From Octopus vulgaris (lineage: Eukaryota), in contig OX597817.1 of assembly GCA_951406725.2 (NCBI GenBank), forward strand, positions 76,198,001 through 76,262,000: a stretch of DNA of 64,000 nt, in the 5' to 3' direction. Both the position numbers and the translations under genes were made by a program. Shown piece by piece: positions 23,300 to 37,292 of this stretch. The notes beneath the pieces are model-generated. The model made no database searches. It saw only the letters and a program-made list of their open reading frames with translations, and was not told the DNA's origin. How positions within the stretch are numbered: the first letter of the stretch is position 1; the number at the start of each line of letters is the position of its first letter.

Positions 23300-24610
23300 A
23301 TGGGGGTCAACGACGATCCAACGGAGTGTATATGAGGCTAAAAGTTAACTCTGAGCCTTGTTTGACAACTCACCTCGTGATGATGTCACGATTAAAATAC
23401 TGGTGATTGCACAACCTTAAATATGCTACTTCAAAATAAGTGAATCAAATGATGGTAATAACTGCGTTAACGGGATCGGAAATAACAATAATGGTAACTT
23501 GCACAGCAGGCAAGGAGTGTCTGATCAAGCTCCATCAGGATCAGGATCAAAGTCAAAAGTGCAGTGAAAGAAAAATGAAATGGGAAAAAATGGTAAACAA
23601 AATTATGATTGAATGTTGGCTGAGAACTGAGCTGAATAGAAGGTTTCATGAAGCGAATGAAAACAATACGGGATGAAAAAGGAGTCTGCCCAACGATTGA
23701 TAAACCAGGCTAGGGCAGTTCGTATAAACGACAGTACTACAAGATTAGACGTTGAAGAAATTCAGAGGGGAATAAAAAATGAACGGGAAGACTGTAACAA
23801 CAGTATCAGAAAGTTGTATTGAAGAATTAAGAGATGGAAAAAAATGAAAAAGCAATTAATTACTATGTGCCTGAGAATACTGATGAAGTAAATAGTGAAG
23901 GTAATTTAGCTGGACAAGTGACAGTAAATGTTGAACAAGACTTGAACGATGAAGAAGAGAAAATGCTAGCTATGCTGCGAGGTAAACTGTTTGGTGTGAA
24001 AAGTGAAATGCCTCTTAAAGTAAGGTATATAGACAGAGGAAAATTAAGAAGAACCACAAGAAAATAAAATAGTGTTGTGAGCTTCGGTAAAAGATAAAAT
24101 TAGTGAAACAAACCAGCTAATCATGGCTGCTGCTAATGTTGTAGCTGACATAATAGGATATAAGCAGAAGTCTGTTGAAGAAAAGAAATGGAAGGAAAAG
24201 AATGAACAAAATTGGAGTAAGAGAATACTAATGAAGTTGGAAAAGACATGGAAAGAATTGGAGCAATTAAATATGGTAATGAGAGAGCAACCTAAGAATG
24301 AGGTTGTAATCAGAAAAATTCAAGTTAGATGATAAGGGAAAGCAAAGAGTAATTGAAGAATTGTCACAAAGGGTGACGGCATTAAAGGCCAAATTGAAAA
24401 GGTATGATGCTAGACGCAAAGATTTTGAACAGAACAGATTGTTTCAATCAAATAGAAGGCCTATTTTTGAGGAAGTATAGGGGGAATAACATCAGGAAAT
24501 GATTTCTTACGTGCAAGAAAGTAAAGTATTTTGAGAAGAAACTCCGGAACACGCCAGTGACACATGAAAAAAGTGCAGCGTTTGAAAGACTTGAAAGCTT
24601 GTGGATATCC
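23300..24610 (+). pseudogene. Degenerate 5' part of an R4/Dong-like LINE ORF
   Basis: Fragments KWEKMVNKIMIECWL, LINQARAVRIN and ELSQRVTALKAKLKRYDARRKDFEQNRLFQSN resemble the pre-RT region of R4-clade elements. Many stops and frameshifts. Confidence 0.65.
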
Positions 24611-24736
24611 AAGTTTACAGGTAGTAACCCACCACCCACATATATTCTACCGGGAATAAGGCCAAACAGAAGTTCAGTCGAATAGTAATAGATAACATCA
24701 TCATCAAAATTATTGTTATTATTCTTAATATTGCTA

Positions 24737-25181
24737 AGGCGGGGAGTTGGCAGAATCGTTAGCACGCCGGGCAAAATGCTTAGCCGCATTGTGTCCATCC
24801 TTACGTTCTGAGTTCAAATTTCGCAGGGGTCGACTTTGCCTTTCATCCTTTCGGAGGTCGATAAAATGAGTACCAGTGAAACACTGGGGTCGATGTAATC
24901 GACTTGTCTCCTCCGCACAAATTTCAGGCCTTGTGCCTATAGTAGAAAGGATTATTATCATTATTGCAAAAGCAGCGAACTGTCAGAATCTTTGGCAGGG
25001 CGGGCAAAATGCGTAGCGGCATTTTGTCCGTCTGTACGTTCTGAGTTCAAATGCCCCCCTGATCGACTTTGCCTTTCATCCTTAAGGTGTCGATACATTA
25101 AGTACCAGCTGAGTACTGGAGCTGATGTAATCGACTTGAACCCTCCCACAAAATATCAAGTCTTGTGCCTTTAGTAGAAAG

Positions 25182-25182
<1 letters not shown>
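24737..25182 (+). mobile_element. Two tandem SINE family A copies
   Basis: Head and core motifs, each ending in an (ATT)n-like tail. Confidence 0.85.
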
Positions 25183-25230
<48 letters not shown>

Positions 25231-25348
25231 GCTATCATGGTCCTAATCCTGATTATTATGCTCCTTCTCACCTTCTCCAACTCCTCCTCCTCAACATCAT
25301 AATCAACATAATCAAAACCATTAAAGTCATTAGTGTAATTTTTATAGC

Positions 25349-25406
<58 letters not shown>

Positions 25407-25486
25407 GCAACAACAACAATAATAATAACATGATTATTATTATTATTATTATTATTATTGTTATTGTTATTATTATTATTATTATT

Positions 25487-26040
25487 GAGTGAGAGAGCAG
25501 TTCATGCCATCAAAGTGACACTGGGGTAAAATATACGAAGCCCAATATACCCATCATGACTACCCGTCTGATAAAGGCACACCAGACACATGCATCACAA
25601 CCATACGTGCGCGACATGGTGATCTCATATCAAGATAAACAGCACATGACCTTGCAGGTGGGGCCCAGTTAGAATTTTCTCCAGGTTGAGTAGCCCATCC
25701 CGCTCAAACGGTCCCTGAATAAGGGTTGTTTAAGGATGTTGAAAGAACCACCCATGTTTCCAGAGGTGAATTATTCAAACCCCAAAGAATCCCTCTCAAC
25801 ACATGGATATGATGCTCCCCCACTACTTCTGCTCGTGATCAGAGATGCACATATCGTCAGCCACTAAGGGACATGCTCAACTGGTTACGGTCAAACAACT
25901 GACAAGCAAATATGTGGTATTGAGCAGAATATTTGCTGTAGCCCATCTTTTATACCAAGACAAAACAATGTACATGATAACACTTCCAATCAGTTAAGAT
26001 CAGAAGCCATGAGAGCCACTGCCTGGTATTGCATCAGGGC

Positions 26041-26041
<1 letters not shown>
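25487..26041 (-). mobile_element. ~555-bp non-coding interspersed element embedded in (ATT)n
   Basis: Near-identical copy at 52813-53368 with the same ends, also within (ATT)n. Diverged fragment at ~44460-44620. Confidence 0.85.
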
Positions 26042-26104
<63 letters not shown>

Positions 26105-27207
26105 TAAATCATGACTGCTTTTTCACCATTATAACTGTCATTGACTACAGTAATACTATTCGAACTTAATTAATCTAATTTGTTCTTGAATGACGGAACA
26201 ATTGGTTGACAATGGAAAGTTTGCTGATATCATCTGCAGAACTGACACTATCAATTATATGGCAAATGCTACACTAATTAACATTAATTCCTTTGCAATT
26301 AAAATAATTTTAAGATTTCATGGAACACGCATAATTGAAAGTGCGATTATAATTTGTTTTCAACGGCGGCAAAGGAATCTTTAGTCATTTAGATGATGTT
26401 GAGTAGGTGGAAGAAGCGGAGGAAGAGAAGGAGGAGGAGTTGGAAGACTAGGAGAAGAAGCAGCATGCTCAGGATCATATTCATGGTAACAATAATTCAC
26501 AGACACATACACACATACACACACACATGGTATATATTACATACATATTATATATATACTTATCGACGTCGTCGGCTTCATCCGGGAATTTAGTTTCTTC
26601 TTTGCTGAACGCTTCTTTTACAGTGATAGTGTTCATTACTTTGTAGACCAATTCTTGCATAGAATAGCTGATGGCATTGGCTGCATGGTAATGCTAGTGG
26701 AGGACGAGATTGATTTTACTTAGCGTTTCTCTCCTGTCATGTGATTTCTTTGTTTTTTTTCTCTTTTTTGAATTGCTTCAGTCATTGGATTGCAACAAAT
26801 ATGGGGCAATGCTCGCCTGCGCGTATTGTACTGGTCTACACTGACAAAACCGCTAGGTCATAGGGATGTAAACATCCAAAACATTGGTTGACAAACGGGG
26901 TGAGGGACAAACACAACGACGGGTTTTATTGAGTTTTCGTTTACCAAATCCCCTTATCAGACATTGGTTGGCCCAAGACTACAGAAGAGGACAACTGCAT
27001 CTATATATATAATGTATATTTTCATATATGTATGTATACGTATCCATTTGTGCATGTATATACATGTATGTATGTGTGTGTATGCGTGTGTGTGTATGTG
27101 TATAATATATATTTTGTATATAATATTAATTAATTTTATTTCTATGTTTTGGTTTATGTTTTTCACTGTTTGATTTGCTTAATAGTGGTTTTATCTCTAC
27201 TTTTATT

Positions 27208-27323
<116 letters not shown>

Positions 27324-27348
27324 AGTGTGTGTGTATATATATATATAA

Positions 27349-27615
27349 GTGGAGGCGCAATGACCCAGTGGTCGTAGGATCGCGATTTCGATTCCCAGAC
27401 CGGGCATTGTGAGTGTTTATTGAGCGAAAACACCTAAAAGCTCCACGAGGTTACGGCAGGGGGTGGTGGAGATCCCTGCTTTCTCTCACTCTTTCTACTG
27501 TTGGCCTGCTCACTTAGCCAACGGAGTGGCGTCATTTGAAGGCTAAAACAATGCGAAGGGCATTGTGACCAGCGATGTGTAGCAATATCTGATAGCCTGG
27601 TCGGTCACGGTGATC
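27349..27615 (+). mobile_element. Third tRNA-derived SINE family (C)
   Basis: GGAGGCGCAATGACCCAGTGG..TTCGATTCCCAG A/B-box-like head. Related head at ~50182-50290. Confidence 0.6.
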
Positions 27616-27646
27616 ATGGTGATATATATATATATCGGTCACGGTG

Positions 27647-27686
<40 letters not shown>

Positions 27687-28317
27687 ATACAAGTCCGGGC
27701 AAGTTGTTTTTTGGAAGAATAGTAGCAGTCGCCCATGCGTACCAATCTCCTTTCTCCACGCCACCGAAATTATCCAAGAGAAAGGCAAAGGTCGATGTAG
27801 CTTGGCACAATTGACGTTGCTACTCATCTCTACAGCCCAGTGAACTGGAGCAACGTGGAATAAAGTGCCTTGCTGAAGAACACAATACACAGCCCCGTAC
27901 GGGAATAGAGCTAACATCCCCACGATCGTAAGACCAACAGTCTAATCACTGAGCCATGCGCGTTAATACACACAAAGCAACACACACCGACACACACACA
28001 CAGGCACACACACATAAATACATAAGATTATACATGTATTTTCTTCTTATGCCTGTCTCATAAATATATTCAGCTTAAATACGTTTAGCTCCCAATAATT
28101 TAACCAATTCTGAATTTACATATGATTCCGTATCATTTCATACCAGCCTTACTTTTTATGGGAAGTTCAATTACCCGCGTTATTCTCTCTTCATTTCAAA
28201 TTTGATCTCATCGACATGTAATATACATTTAACTTAATATTTCCGTAAGTGAGCAGTTTTTTCTTGTGCACTTAAATTTCTTTTTCACTTCCACTCCACT
28301 CATTCTCTCATCTCCCC

Positions 28318-28405
<88 letters not shown>

Positions 28406-28679
28406 GTCGTAACTAAATTTTTCCCCTCGCTCCTTTCTCTATACACTGCTTTCCCTGTATAGGCAAATTTTTTTTCAAGATTAGATTCTACAGTACAATA
28501 GGAAAATTCAAAAGAAAAGTTTACATAATAAGAATACCTTTGGCTTTTGGATTATTTTCAGTTTTCATGCATATATATATACATACGTACATACATACAT
28601 AACATATACGTTCACACATGCATACATACATGTATGGATGAATACATACATACATGTATGTATGATAGAAGCCATAGCC

Positions 28680-29280
28680 ACTAATAATAAAAAGGAGTAC
28701 TTATGGAATGTCCTATTGAAACCTCAATAAAATGTAAACATAATAGATCCGACATAGGAAGAAAAACTGTGTGCAGTTGTGGAAATCAAATGTCCAGCTG
28801 ATGTTAACATAAAGCTGAAGATCAGTGAAAAAGAAAATACCTATCCTGAGGAATCTACAGCTATTCTATCCAGATTACAAGCTTAGATTTATACCTGTAA
28901 TTATTGGGGTACTGAGATATATAACGCATTACCTAGATACCAATCATCAGAAATTAGTCTTATCAAAACCAGAAAGGAAAAAGCTGATTCGAAAACAACA
29001 GATCCAATGCATCATTGGAACGGTAAAAATTTGTAAAACTTTTCAGAAGTTTACCATTTAGATATATATGAGCATGTCTAGATGTGCAACTATATGCATG
29101 AGAATACATATATAAAAGTAAACATACAAATCTGACACGTGTACATACATACATACATACATACAAAAATACCCTGTATATGTTGTTGAAATTCCAATGA
29201 AGGAGACTTGAATCTAGGTTAGAAACCGGCTCTGTCTATATTCGCAAGAAATCTTGAAGTAAAACTGAATAACGACATGC
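28680..29280 (+). pseudogene. 3' fragment of an RLE-type (R2/R4-group) non-LTR retrotransposon
   Basis: LWNVL..SIKCKHNRSDI..CAVVEIKCPADVNI..LRNLQLFYPDYKLRFIPVIIGVL. A reverse copy of the 3' tail lies at ~32735-32910. Confidence 0.65.
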
Positions 29281-29976
29281 ATAATCAAATGTGCAGAAAC
29301 GACTTACTCTGAAGAGATTAAAATGTAACGTAATCCAAAGGGAGAGTAAGAAAATCCATGAATCATGTACTCCAAATCATTCGGAAGTACATAGAGAGTA
29401 CGTGTGATCGTACTGTAAATAGTCAAATCGAAAAAGCGAACATTAAAAATAGAAATAACAAAACAAGAGGACGTGCACATGAAATGTTTGACGCTATACA
29501 GGAGCAAGAGAATGCATGCTAATCCAAATGGAGGGAAGTATGGCTGAGTTCGGGGTCTTGATGAGAGAAGGCAAATCCTTAATTTCTACGCTACAAATGA
29601 TCACAAAATCTGGAACTATGAAGATTTGTATGACCTTATTAAGATTTAAAGGATGATGGTCAAAGCAAGATGCTTTCCTTCACAATCTTTCCACCAAGTA
29701 GATGGCCAGTCAAAATTTACTCTAAATTTAAAAGAGAATATCCATCCAGAATTATATATAAGGGTAGAGGTCGTTGTTATTGTAATAGTAATCGTGGTGG
29801 TTGTAGCAACAGTGGTATTAGTTGCAGTAGCAGTTGTAGTAGTAATGATGGTATTAGTAAGTAGTAGTAGTAGTAGTCGTGTCAGCAGTAGTAATAGTTG
29901 CTGTTGTCGTTGTGGTGATGGTAGAATCCCCAGTATTTGCGGTAGTGTCTGTTGTAGTAGTGGCAGTAGTAATATA

Positions 29977-30046
<70 letters not shown>

Positions 30047-31648
30047 TAACGATACTAGGAATTATAATGATATTTACAAAAATAGAAATAGCAAAGATTA
30101 TATTAACAACATTAATCTTGAAGATATTAAGGATAAAGTAGCGAGGAGAGGAAGACGGAGAGAAAAAAGGAGATAAGGAAATGCTGAAATGGAGAAGTAT
30201 AAGGAATTAGATGGAAGGAAGGTGGCAAAAATAACAAAATAATAATAATAATAATTATTATTATTATTATAATAATAATAATAATTATAATAATAAAAAT
30301 GATGATGATGATGATGATGATGATGGTAATGATAGATGAAATTAAAAATTAAAAAATGAATAAGTAAAAAAGAAAAGAAAAAATCAAAAATGGAAACTTT
30401 TTAAATCAAAAAATTTAATTATTAAAAATATAATAATTATGAATAAATAAAAAGGAAAAATAATATACATGGAAAATAAAATAATCAAGAAAATTATATA
30501 AAAAACTAGAACAAAATGCAAAGATTAGCAAATAAAGATAGTAATTAATGAAAGAATAAAATAATATATTAACTAAATTGATGTAATTAAAAACATGGTT
30601 AGGTTAAAAGTTAAATGGGATTTTTTTCTTTCTTTTTTTTTATAAGTGTATACGCACATATCTTATGCTGCCACCACCACCATTGCTGCTGCTGCTGACA
30701 CTACTACTACTACTACTACTACAGTTGCTAGAACCACTATTTTGCTACTGCTGTTACCACCACTACAACAACTAATTCAATATCAACGACCTCTACCACT
30801 ATCGCTGTAGCCAAAACCACAACTACAACTTCAACAATAACAACGACTGCTACTAATCTCGGTTTCAAATTTTGGCACAAGGCTAACAACTTCAGAGAAG
30901 TGTTAAGCCGATTACATCGACGCCAGTGTTCAACTGGTGCTTATTTCATCGAGCCGAAAAGATGAGGAGTAAAGTGGACATCGGTGGGATTTGAACTCGG
31001 ATCGTAAAGACGAACGAAATGTTGCTAAGCATTTTGTCCGGCTTGCTAACGATTCTACCAGCTCGCCGTCTTAATATGTAAAATCGCCCACGACGGAATT
31101 TGAACTCAGAACGTAATGAAGGACAAAATGCGGCCGAGTACCTCATCCGGTGAGGGAACACTTCCACTTGCTCGTCATCATCTTCTCCTAATATTACTAC
31201 TACTACTAATCGTTAGCACGCCGGGCAAAATACTTAGCGGCATTTCGTCTATCTTTACGGTCTAAATTCAAATTCCGCTGATGTCGACTTGGGGGGAGGG
31301 TCTTTTGCAGAAATGTAAACAAACCAAGACCGATTGTCAAACGGTAGTGGTGGTGGTGATGTCAAACACAAACACAAAGATACACATTCAGTTTTCGTCT
31401 ATTAAATTCGGCCCCAAAACATTGGTCGGTACGAGGCCATAACCGCACAGTAGGACTGAACCGGTAACAAATGGTTGCAAAGCAAGCCTCTTCATCCCAC
31501 ATCCACGCCTGCGCCTCTACTTATCTACTGTAAACGATAGGTATTTAATTCATGTGTCACGAAATGGTGACAGGTAAAGTAGATCGTTATGCAATTCGAA
31601 CGCAATTTCACCATTTTAAGCGCATAACAACTTCAGCGTTGTATGGAT

Positions 31649-31925
31649 TCATATCGAGTTTTCTGTTGCTACACTACCGCTGGCAGTCTGTTTTACTCTT
31701 TCCTCTATCCTAAGCATAGCATATAAATGACAGAATATGAAAAACAATATCTCTAGCTGTATCGGTAATATGGAAAAGGAAATAACACCGATGTTAAAAT
31801 AAATATTGGGGGTAATGATAACTCCGTTCATAGAGGCTACAACAGCATACACAGAATTAATTAAAAAATATCTTATTTTAGCAGGAAAGTTCACAACTCC
31901 ATCTGATGCCACTCGAAACAACTAA
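31649..31925 (-). other. Candidate host exon encoding a hydrophobic membrane segment
   Basis: Non-repetitive open frame (..YFLINSVYAVVASMNGVIITPNIYFNIGVISFSILPIQLEILFFIFCHLY..) after a TTCCTTTTGTAG/TTTTAG acceptor. No family recognised. Confidence 0.3.
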
Positions 31926-34900
31926 AATTCTACAAAAGGAAGAAATCAAAGAATTATTATAGAAATAGAGATGACTGGAGACAATTGTTTCTTAAATAAT
32001 ATATAAACACTTGCTTAAATCGTAGCATGCCATCTGTTGCTCTAATCTTTGGGTTTTCATTAAATTACTACGTAACACAAACATAGAAATGTCACAATCA
32101 GTCTATTCTCTTCATATCTATCTATCTGTCTGTCTGCCTGTCTGACTGCCTGTCTGTCTGACTGTCTGTCTGTCTGTCTGTTTGTGTGCCTGTCTCTTCA
32201 TCTAACTAGCTACCTATCGGTATACATGTACGTATATGTATACATCTAGATATACATATTGCAGTTTATATACATGTGTGTATGTTTGTGTACGTGCGCG
32301 TGCGCGAGTGTGTGTGTTTGTGTGTGTGTGTATGTATGTGTGTGTGCGTGTGTTCCAAAAGCATATTTATAATAACCAAAAGTACAAAAACGACATGTTT
32401 GATAATAGTCCAGCAACGTTTATAGCTCAAGGCTATCCATCTTTTATTCAAGATGGACAGACATAATCGAAAACTTGGTATCCAATAATGTAAATGTTTA
32501 TATATTCGAATATCAGTGTGTTCTTATCTTGAAGCATCAACGGCATCTTCTTTAAGCATTTACGCATAGATATATTGAAATCACTCCAGATTATACCCCA
32601 AACTAATATAGTACTTCAGTATAATAATATGAAGCAAAATTTCGTTATAATTCAACGTTAGGTGTACTGAAATCTTTTATAAAATGATCGTATCACAAAT
32701 GTATGCACCCACACAGATATATCCATATGTATGTCATTATTCAATTTATTTCAAGATTTCTTGCTAATAGAGAAATAATCGGTTTCTAACCTTGATCCAA
32801 GACTTCTTCATTGGAATTTCAACATCATCAACAGGATAATTTTATTTTCGTTTGTATGTATGTATGCATGTATGTGCAGATTTGTATGTTTTATTTATGC
32901 ATTCTCATGCAAAACGATACCTGAGGGTTGCATCAAGTGACTTCTAGCGGCGGAAGTTTATCCTACAAAGAACGAGTTTATTCTACAAAGAGCGTTTCTG
33001 GATTGCGTGTTTAACGAAAACTCTAAATAATCAATTGAATCGATCTAATATGCTAGTTAACTTATTAAAATTCCCACCTCAATAAAACTGAATAAAAAAT
33101 TTTGTTTTAATTGTTTATTCTGAACACCATATTTGCCTTAAATCCACAACCCAGTCTCTACAGCTGTCATCACAACAGCGATTCTCTCATCTTACTTCTC
33201 TCTATCTTTATACCTCGGATTACTTGTTAGTCACTTCCGACCGCCACTCTAACTTACGCTTACATATCAATATTGTTATGGTGTGAAAGAAGGGAAGAAG
33301 CAAATGTTGTGTAGAATGAACACATCAAAGTATTTTCGATAAAAGATGCGTCGACAAATAGAAAAATAGAAAGATGTATATAGCGTGTGTGTGTGTGGGG
33401 GGGGGATGAGGAAAGCTTCTAACAAAGATGTAAGTTGAAAAACTTTTATATGTTACAGATGCAAAGCCCCATCTTCCGAAGGATACAATTAAAGAAATAA
33501 GTATTACGTACACTCTGCCATTTGAATCGTTGACTTCAATGGTAGGATCTACGTAGTCTTTCCTCTCCGCATTGTTAGGAGTTTTGCTCATTTCCCTTTT
33601 CGTGTATTATTTAACTTCTGTACTACAATGCTTCAAATGAACTATAACGCTCTTCCGTATATATATATCTATGTATGTATATTCATATTAAGTAAATTAG
33701 ATGAATATGAACTATGCAATCCCAGGGCTGTTTTACGTCAATATATTGCGTATTTGTGTTAAGCGTTCTAGAAAAAATAGTCGATAAACTGAGCCTGGGA
33801 AATTATTACACTTTCCTTAGGTTGTTTCCAATGAACATGCTAAAGGCAGAAACACTGTACTTCCTAATAGTTTCCGTGCTTCTCACAAATGAAATTATGG
33901 TGCCATCTTTGTACTTAAGCAATACGAAAACTATTTTTTAAAATGTTTTGTAGCCATAAAACTGTTTTACAACTAGTCTAAACACACACATACACAACGT
34001 TACTGTAGCTCCCCTGAATAGTAATGGCACCTACACAAATTCCTTTCGCAAATACTAAAGAAAATAAAACTTTAAAACGATAGCAAGTAGTAATAGTAGT
34101 GCTATTACCACTACTGCTGCTGCTGCTTCTTCTACTGCTGCTGCTATCTCTTTCTTTGTTTGTCTCCCTCATCATCCAAATTATTACTCTTGCGTCTACA
34201 AGTACTTGTACTATTCCTTCTACTAATCTTCTTCTTCTTCTTCTTCTTTTTCTTCTTCTTCTACTTCTTCTTCTTCTACTTCTTCTTCTTCTTCTTTCTC
34301 CTCTACCCTTTCCTCCTCCTCCTCCTCCTACTACTACTACTGCTACTACTACTACCACTACTACTACAACAACAACAAGAATTTCTAATGCTGCGGCCAT
34401 CGCGTTCTCCCAGTATCGCTGGCAGCAAAGATAATCTCATTTCTATTATTGCTACCAAGTTAATCCTTGTACCACATCATAAATAAAATGAAATGAAATA
34501 AAATAAAATAGAATAAAATAGAGTAAAAGCCTTCATTTTAATCTCTTGATTCCGAGTCTATAAACTTTTCAAGACTATAAACTTAAATTCTGTACTAATG
34601 TCGGTTGGAACTGACACATCACGTGTTTTTCAGTAGCGTTTATAATCATCAATTTTTACCGCTTTACGCATTTATGTCTTTTTAGCATTTTCCTATTTGT
34701 TATGATTACTATATTAGTTCTTTTTTCCTGAAGAAGGGATTGCGAAAAAAACAAAACAAAACAAAAACAAAATAAAAAAAACAAGGAGGAAAACAACAAA
34801 AAAATAAAACAAAACGATTTCATTTTTGTTTAATCTGGAGGTTAAGAAATTTGGTTAAATGAAGTGAAAATTGGATGGGTATGGCAACAGAATATTACTC

Positions 34901-34948
34901 TTGTGATAGCTGATAGCCGCGTCGATAAGGTAACTTATTGTTCGCGAA

Positions 34949-35180
34949 AGGCGGCGAGCTGGCAGAAACGTTAGCACGCCGGGCGAAATACGTAACCGTA
35001 TTTCGTCTACCGTTATGTTCTGAGTTCAAATTCCGCCAAGGTCGACTTTGCCTTTCATCCTTTCGGGGTCGATAAATTAAGTACCAGTTACGCACTGGGG
35101 TCGATATAATAGACTTAATCCGTTTGTCTGTCCTTGTTTGTCCCCTCTATGTTTAGCCCCTTGTGGGTAATAAAGAAACA
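34949..35180 (+). mobile_element. SINE family A
   Basis: Close match to 358-595. Confidence 0.9.
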
Positions 35181-35305
35181 GATAAAATAACTTATTATTC
35201 GCGGAAGTACGTGACATCATTAGTTCGAATCGTAGCTCAGATGCTGTGCGTCAGTGTCGATGATCTACCATACGTGGTCTTAGTTGCTGCTAAATATTTG
35301 TGAAC

Positions 35306-35467
35306 AGGCGCAAGTGTGGCTCTGTGGTAAGAAGCTTGCTCCTTACCCACATAGTTCGGGGTTCAATCCCACTGCGCGGCACCTTGGCCAGGTGTCTTCT
35401 AGTACAACCTCGGGTCGACCAAAGCTTTGTGAGCCGATTTGGTAGATGGAAACTGAAAGAAGCGCGT

Positions 35468-35512
<45 letters not shown>

Positions 35513-36660
35513 ACGGAGATGAATAAACGGGAAAACGTTATGCCCTAGTTCCGTTGGCTGGAGTCGAACCGGCGGGGAAAAAATAATGGTTCTTTGTCTT
35601 GTCAACGGTAAGGGAAATTAATGAGTTTAGGAAGTACCTCTGACCCTTACACGGTCAGGGAAAGTTGAGAAAAATGCCACCCTTTAAAATGCGACGAACT
35701 GGTGTTAGAGAGACAGACAGCGAATGGCCGGAGAAGGGTTCAGTTGGCAAGAGGCGGACAGCCAGCGAGGAGATGATAGTGGCAACTGCGAGGCGAGGAA
35801 GACAGGCAGAGAATATTGGGAATTGCCAGGCGAGAGGTAGAGAAGAAGATGAAAGCGAAGAAGCTGGACTACTTATAGTGGGTTCAGAAATATTTGGTAT
35901 TGTTGTTTATGTTTCGATTTGTGTTTTGGACTTTAATGTTGAATTATGATGTTTGAAAAAGAGACTATAAAAAGAACGTGTAATCTGTTTAAGAAAAAAA
36001 AGAACTTGTAAATGTTTAAAGAAAATTGAGAACTGTTTGTGTCTCTAAAAGAAAAGAAAAAGACTTTGTTTGATTCTGTATTGTGTTGCATGTCAACCAG
36101 TTGATTGTTTTGGAAAAGTCGTTTTGTGTATTACGTTTGATTGATTTTGTAAAGTTATGAATTGTTAAATGCTTTTGTTTTTAAATGTATTTGAAATGTA
36201 TTATGTTTAATTGATGTTGTAAAATTATATAAATTGATGTTAAATGTAAGAAACTGCCTCCGCTGTCTCTCTCCTTTGTTGTTGTTGTCTTCGGTCTCTG
36301 GCTTGCGTTCGCTGCTCACTCCGCTTTCTGTGGTGGATTTCCGTTTGACTGAGCGTAGACGTTGTCGTCAACTAAGGGTCCTGAGTTGAGTCGAGCGACG
36401 GTCGTAACAATATACATGTTTATATTTATGTGTGTCTTTGTCTGGAATTGTCTCCTCCTGCCATCGCTTGACAATCGATGTTGATGTGTTTACGTCCCAA
36501 TATCCTAGTGGTTCGGCAAAAGATATCGATGGAATAAGCAATGGGCTTGCGAAGAATAAGTCTTGGGGTCGATTTCTTCGACTAAAAACCTTTTAAAGCG
36601 GTGCTCTAGAATAGCCGCAGTCAAATGACTGGAACATGTAAAAGAATAAAAGAATGAAAA
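35306..36660 (+). mobile_element. SINE family B split by a solo LTR
   Basis: 5' half at 35306-35470 and 3' half at 36410-36660. Confidence 0.8.
35509..36409. mobile_element. Solo LTR (Gypsy-type) inserted in the (TA)n of a SINE
   Basis: TGTTACG...CGTAACA termini (TG..CA, 7-bp inverted repeat). ATAT on both flanks. 901 bp with no coding content. Confidence 0.8.
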
Positions 36661-36948
36661 TACATATTTAAATTGAGAATTATGGAAATATTATTTGCAG
36701 AGTTATTTTCTAAGAAAACAGGAAAATTCCTTAGATGTCAATCTAAAATGTAAAACTTTGTTATTCCTATTAGTAATTAACCCACGTGTAATGGAGAATA
36801 AGTAATGCCCAAAATTATCCACTTTCCTGTGGCTGTGTGGTAAGAAGCTTGCCTTCTAACCACATGGTTACGGGTTCAGTCTCACTACGTGGCATCTTGG
36901 GCAAGTGACATCTATTATAGCCTCGGGCCAACCAAAGCCTTGTTAGTA

Positions 36949-37292
36949 CTGGAATGTCTGGAATGTCAGGAATGTTTGGAATTTCAGGAATGTCTGGAAT
37001 GTCAGGAATGTCTGGAATGTCTGGAATGTCAGGAATGACTGGAATGTGTGGAATGTCATGTATGTCAGGTATGTCTGGAATGTCCGGAATGTCTGGAATG
37101 TCTGGAATGTTTGATGAAAATGTTTGATGAAAATGTCTGATTAAAATGTTTGATAAAATGTTTGATGAAAATGTCTGATGAAAATGTTTGATGTAAATGT
37201 TTGATGAAAATGTTCGATGAAAATGTTTGATGTATATTTTCATCAGACATTTTCCTCAGACATTTTCATCAAACATTTTCATCAAACATTTT
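36949..37292. repeat. Compound minisatellite: (CTGGAATGT)n, then (TTTGATGAAAATG)n, then inverted copies
   Basis: 9-bp units 36949-37110, 13-bp units 37105-37232, reverse-complement units 37238-37292. Confidence 0.9.

Noticed and set aside
26018-26041. CCTGGTATTGCA similarity to the U2 snRNA 3' stem-loop
   Set aside because: Only 12 nt, differs in the second copy (CCTGGTACTGCA), and no other U2 sequence is present.
36815-37243. 142-aa ORF with IPD repeats
   Set aside because: Translation of a 9-bp/13-bp minisatellite.
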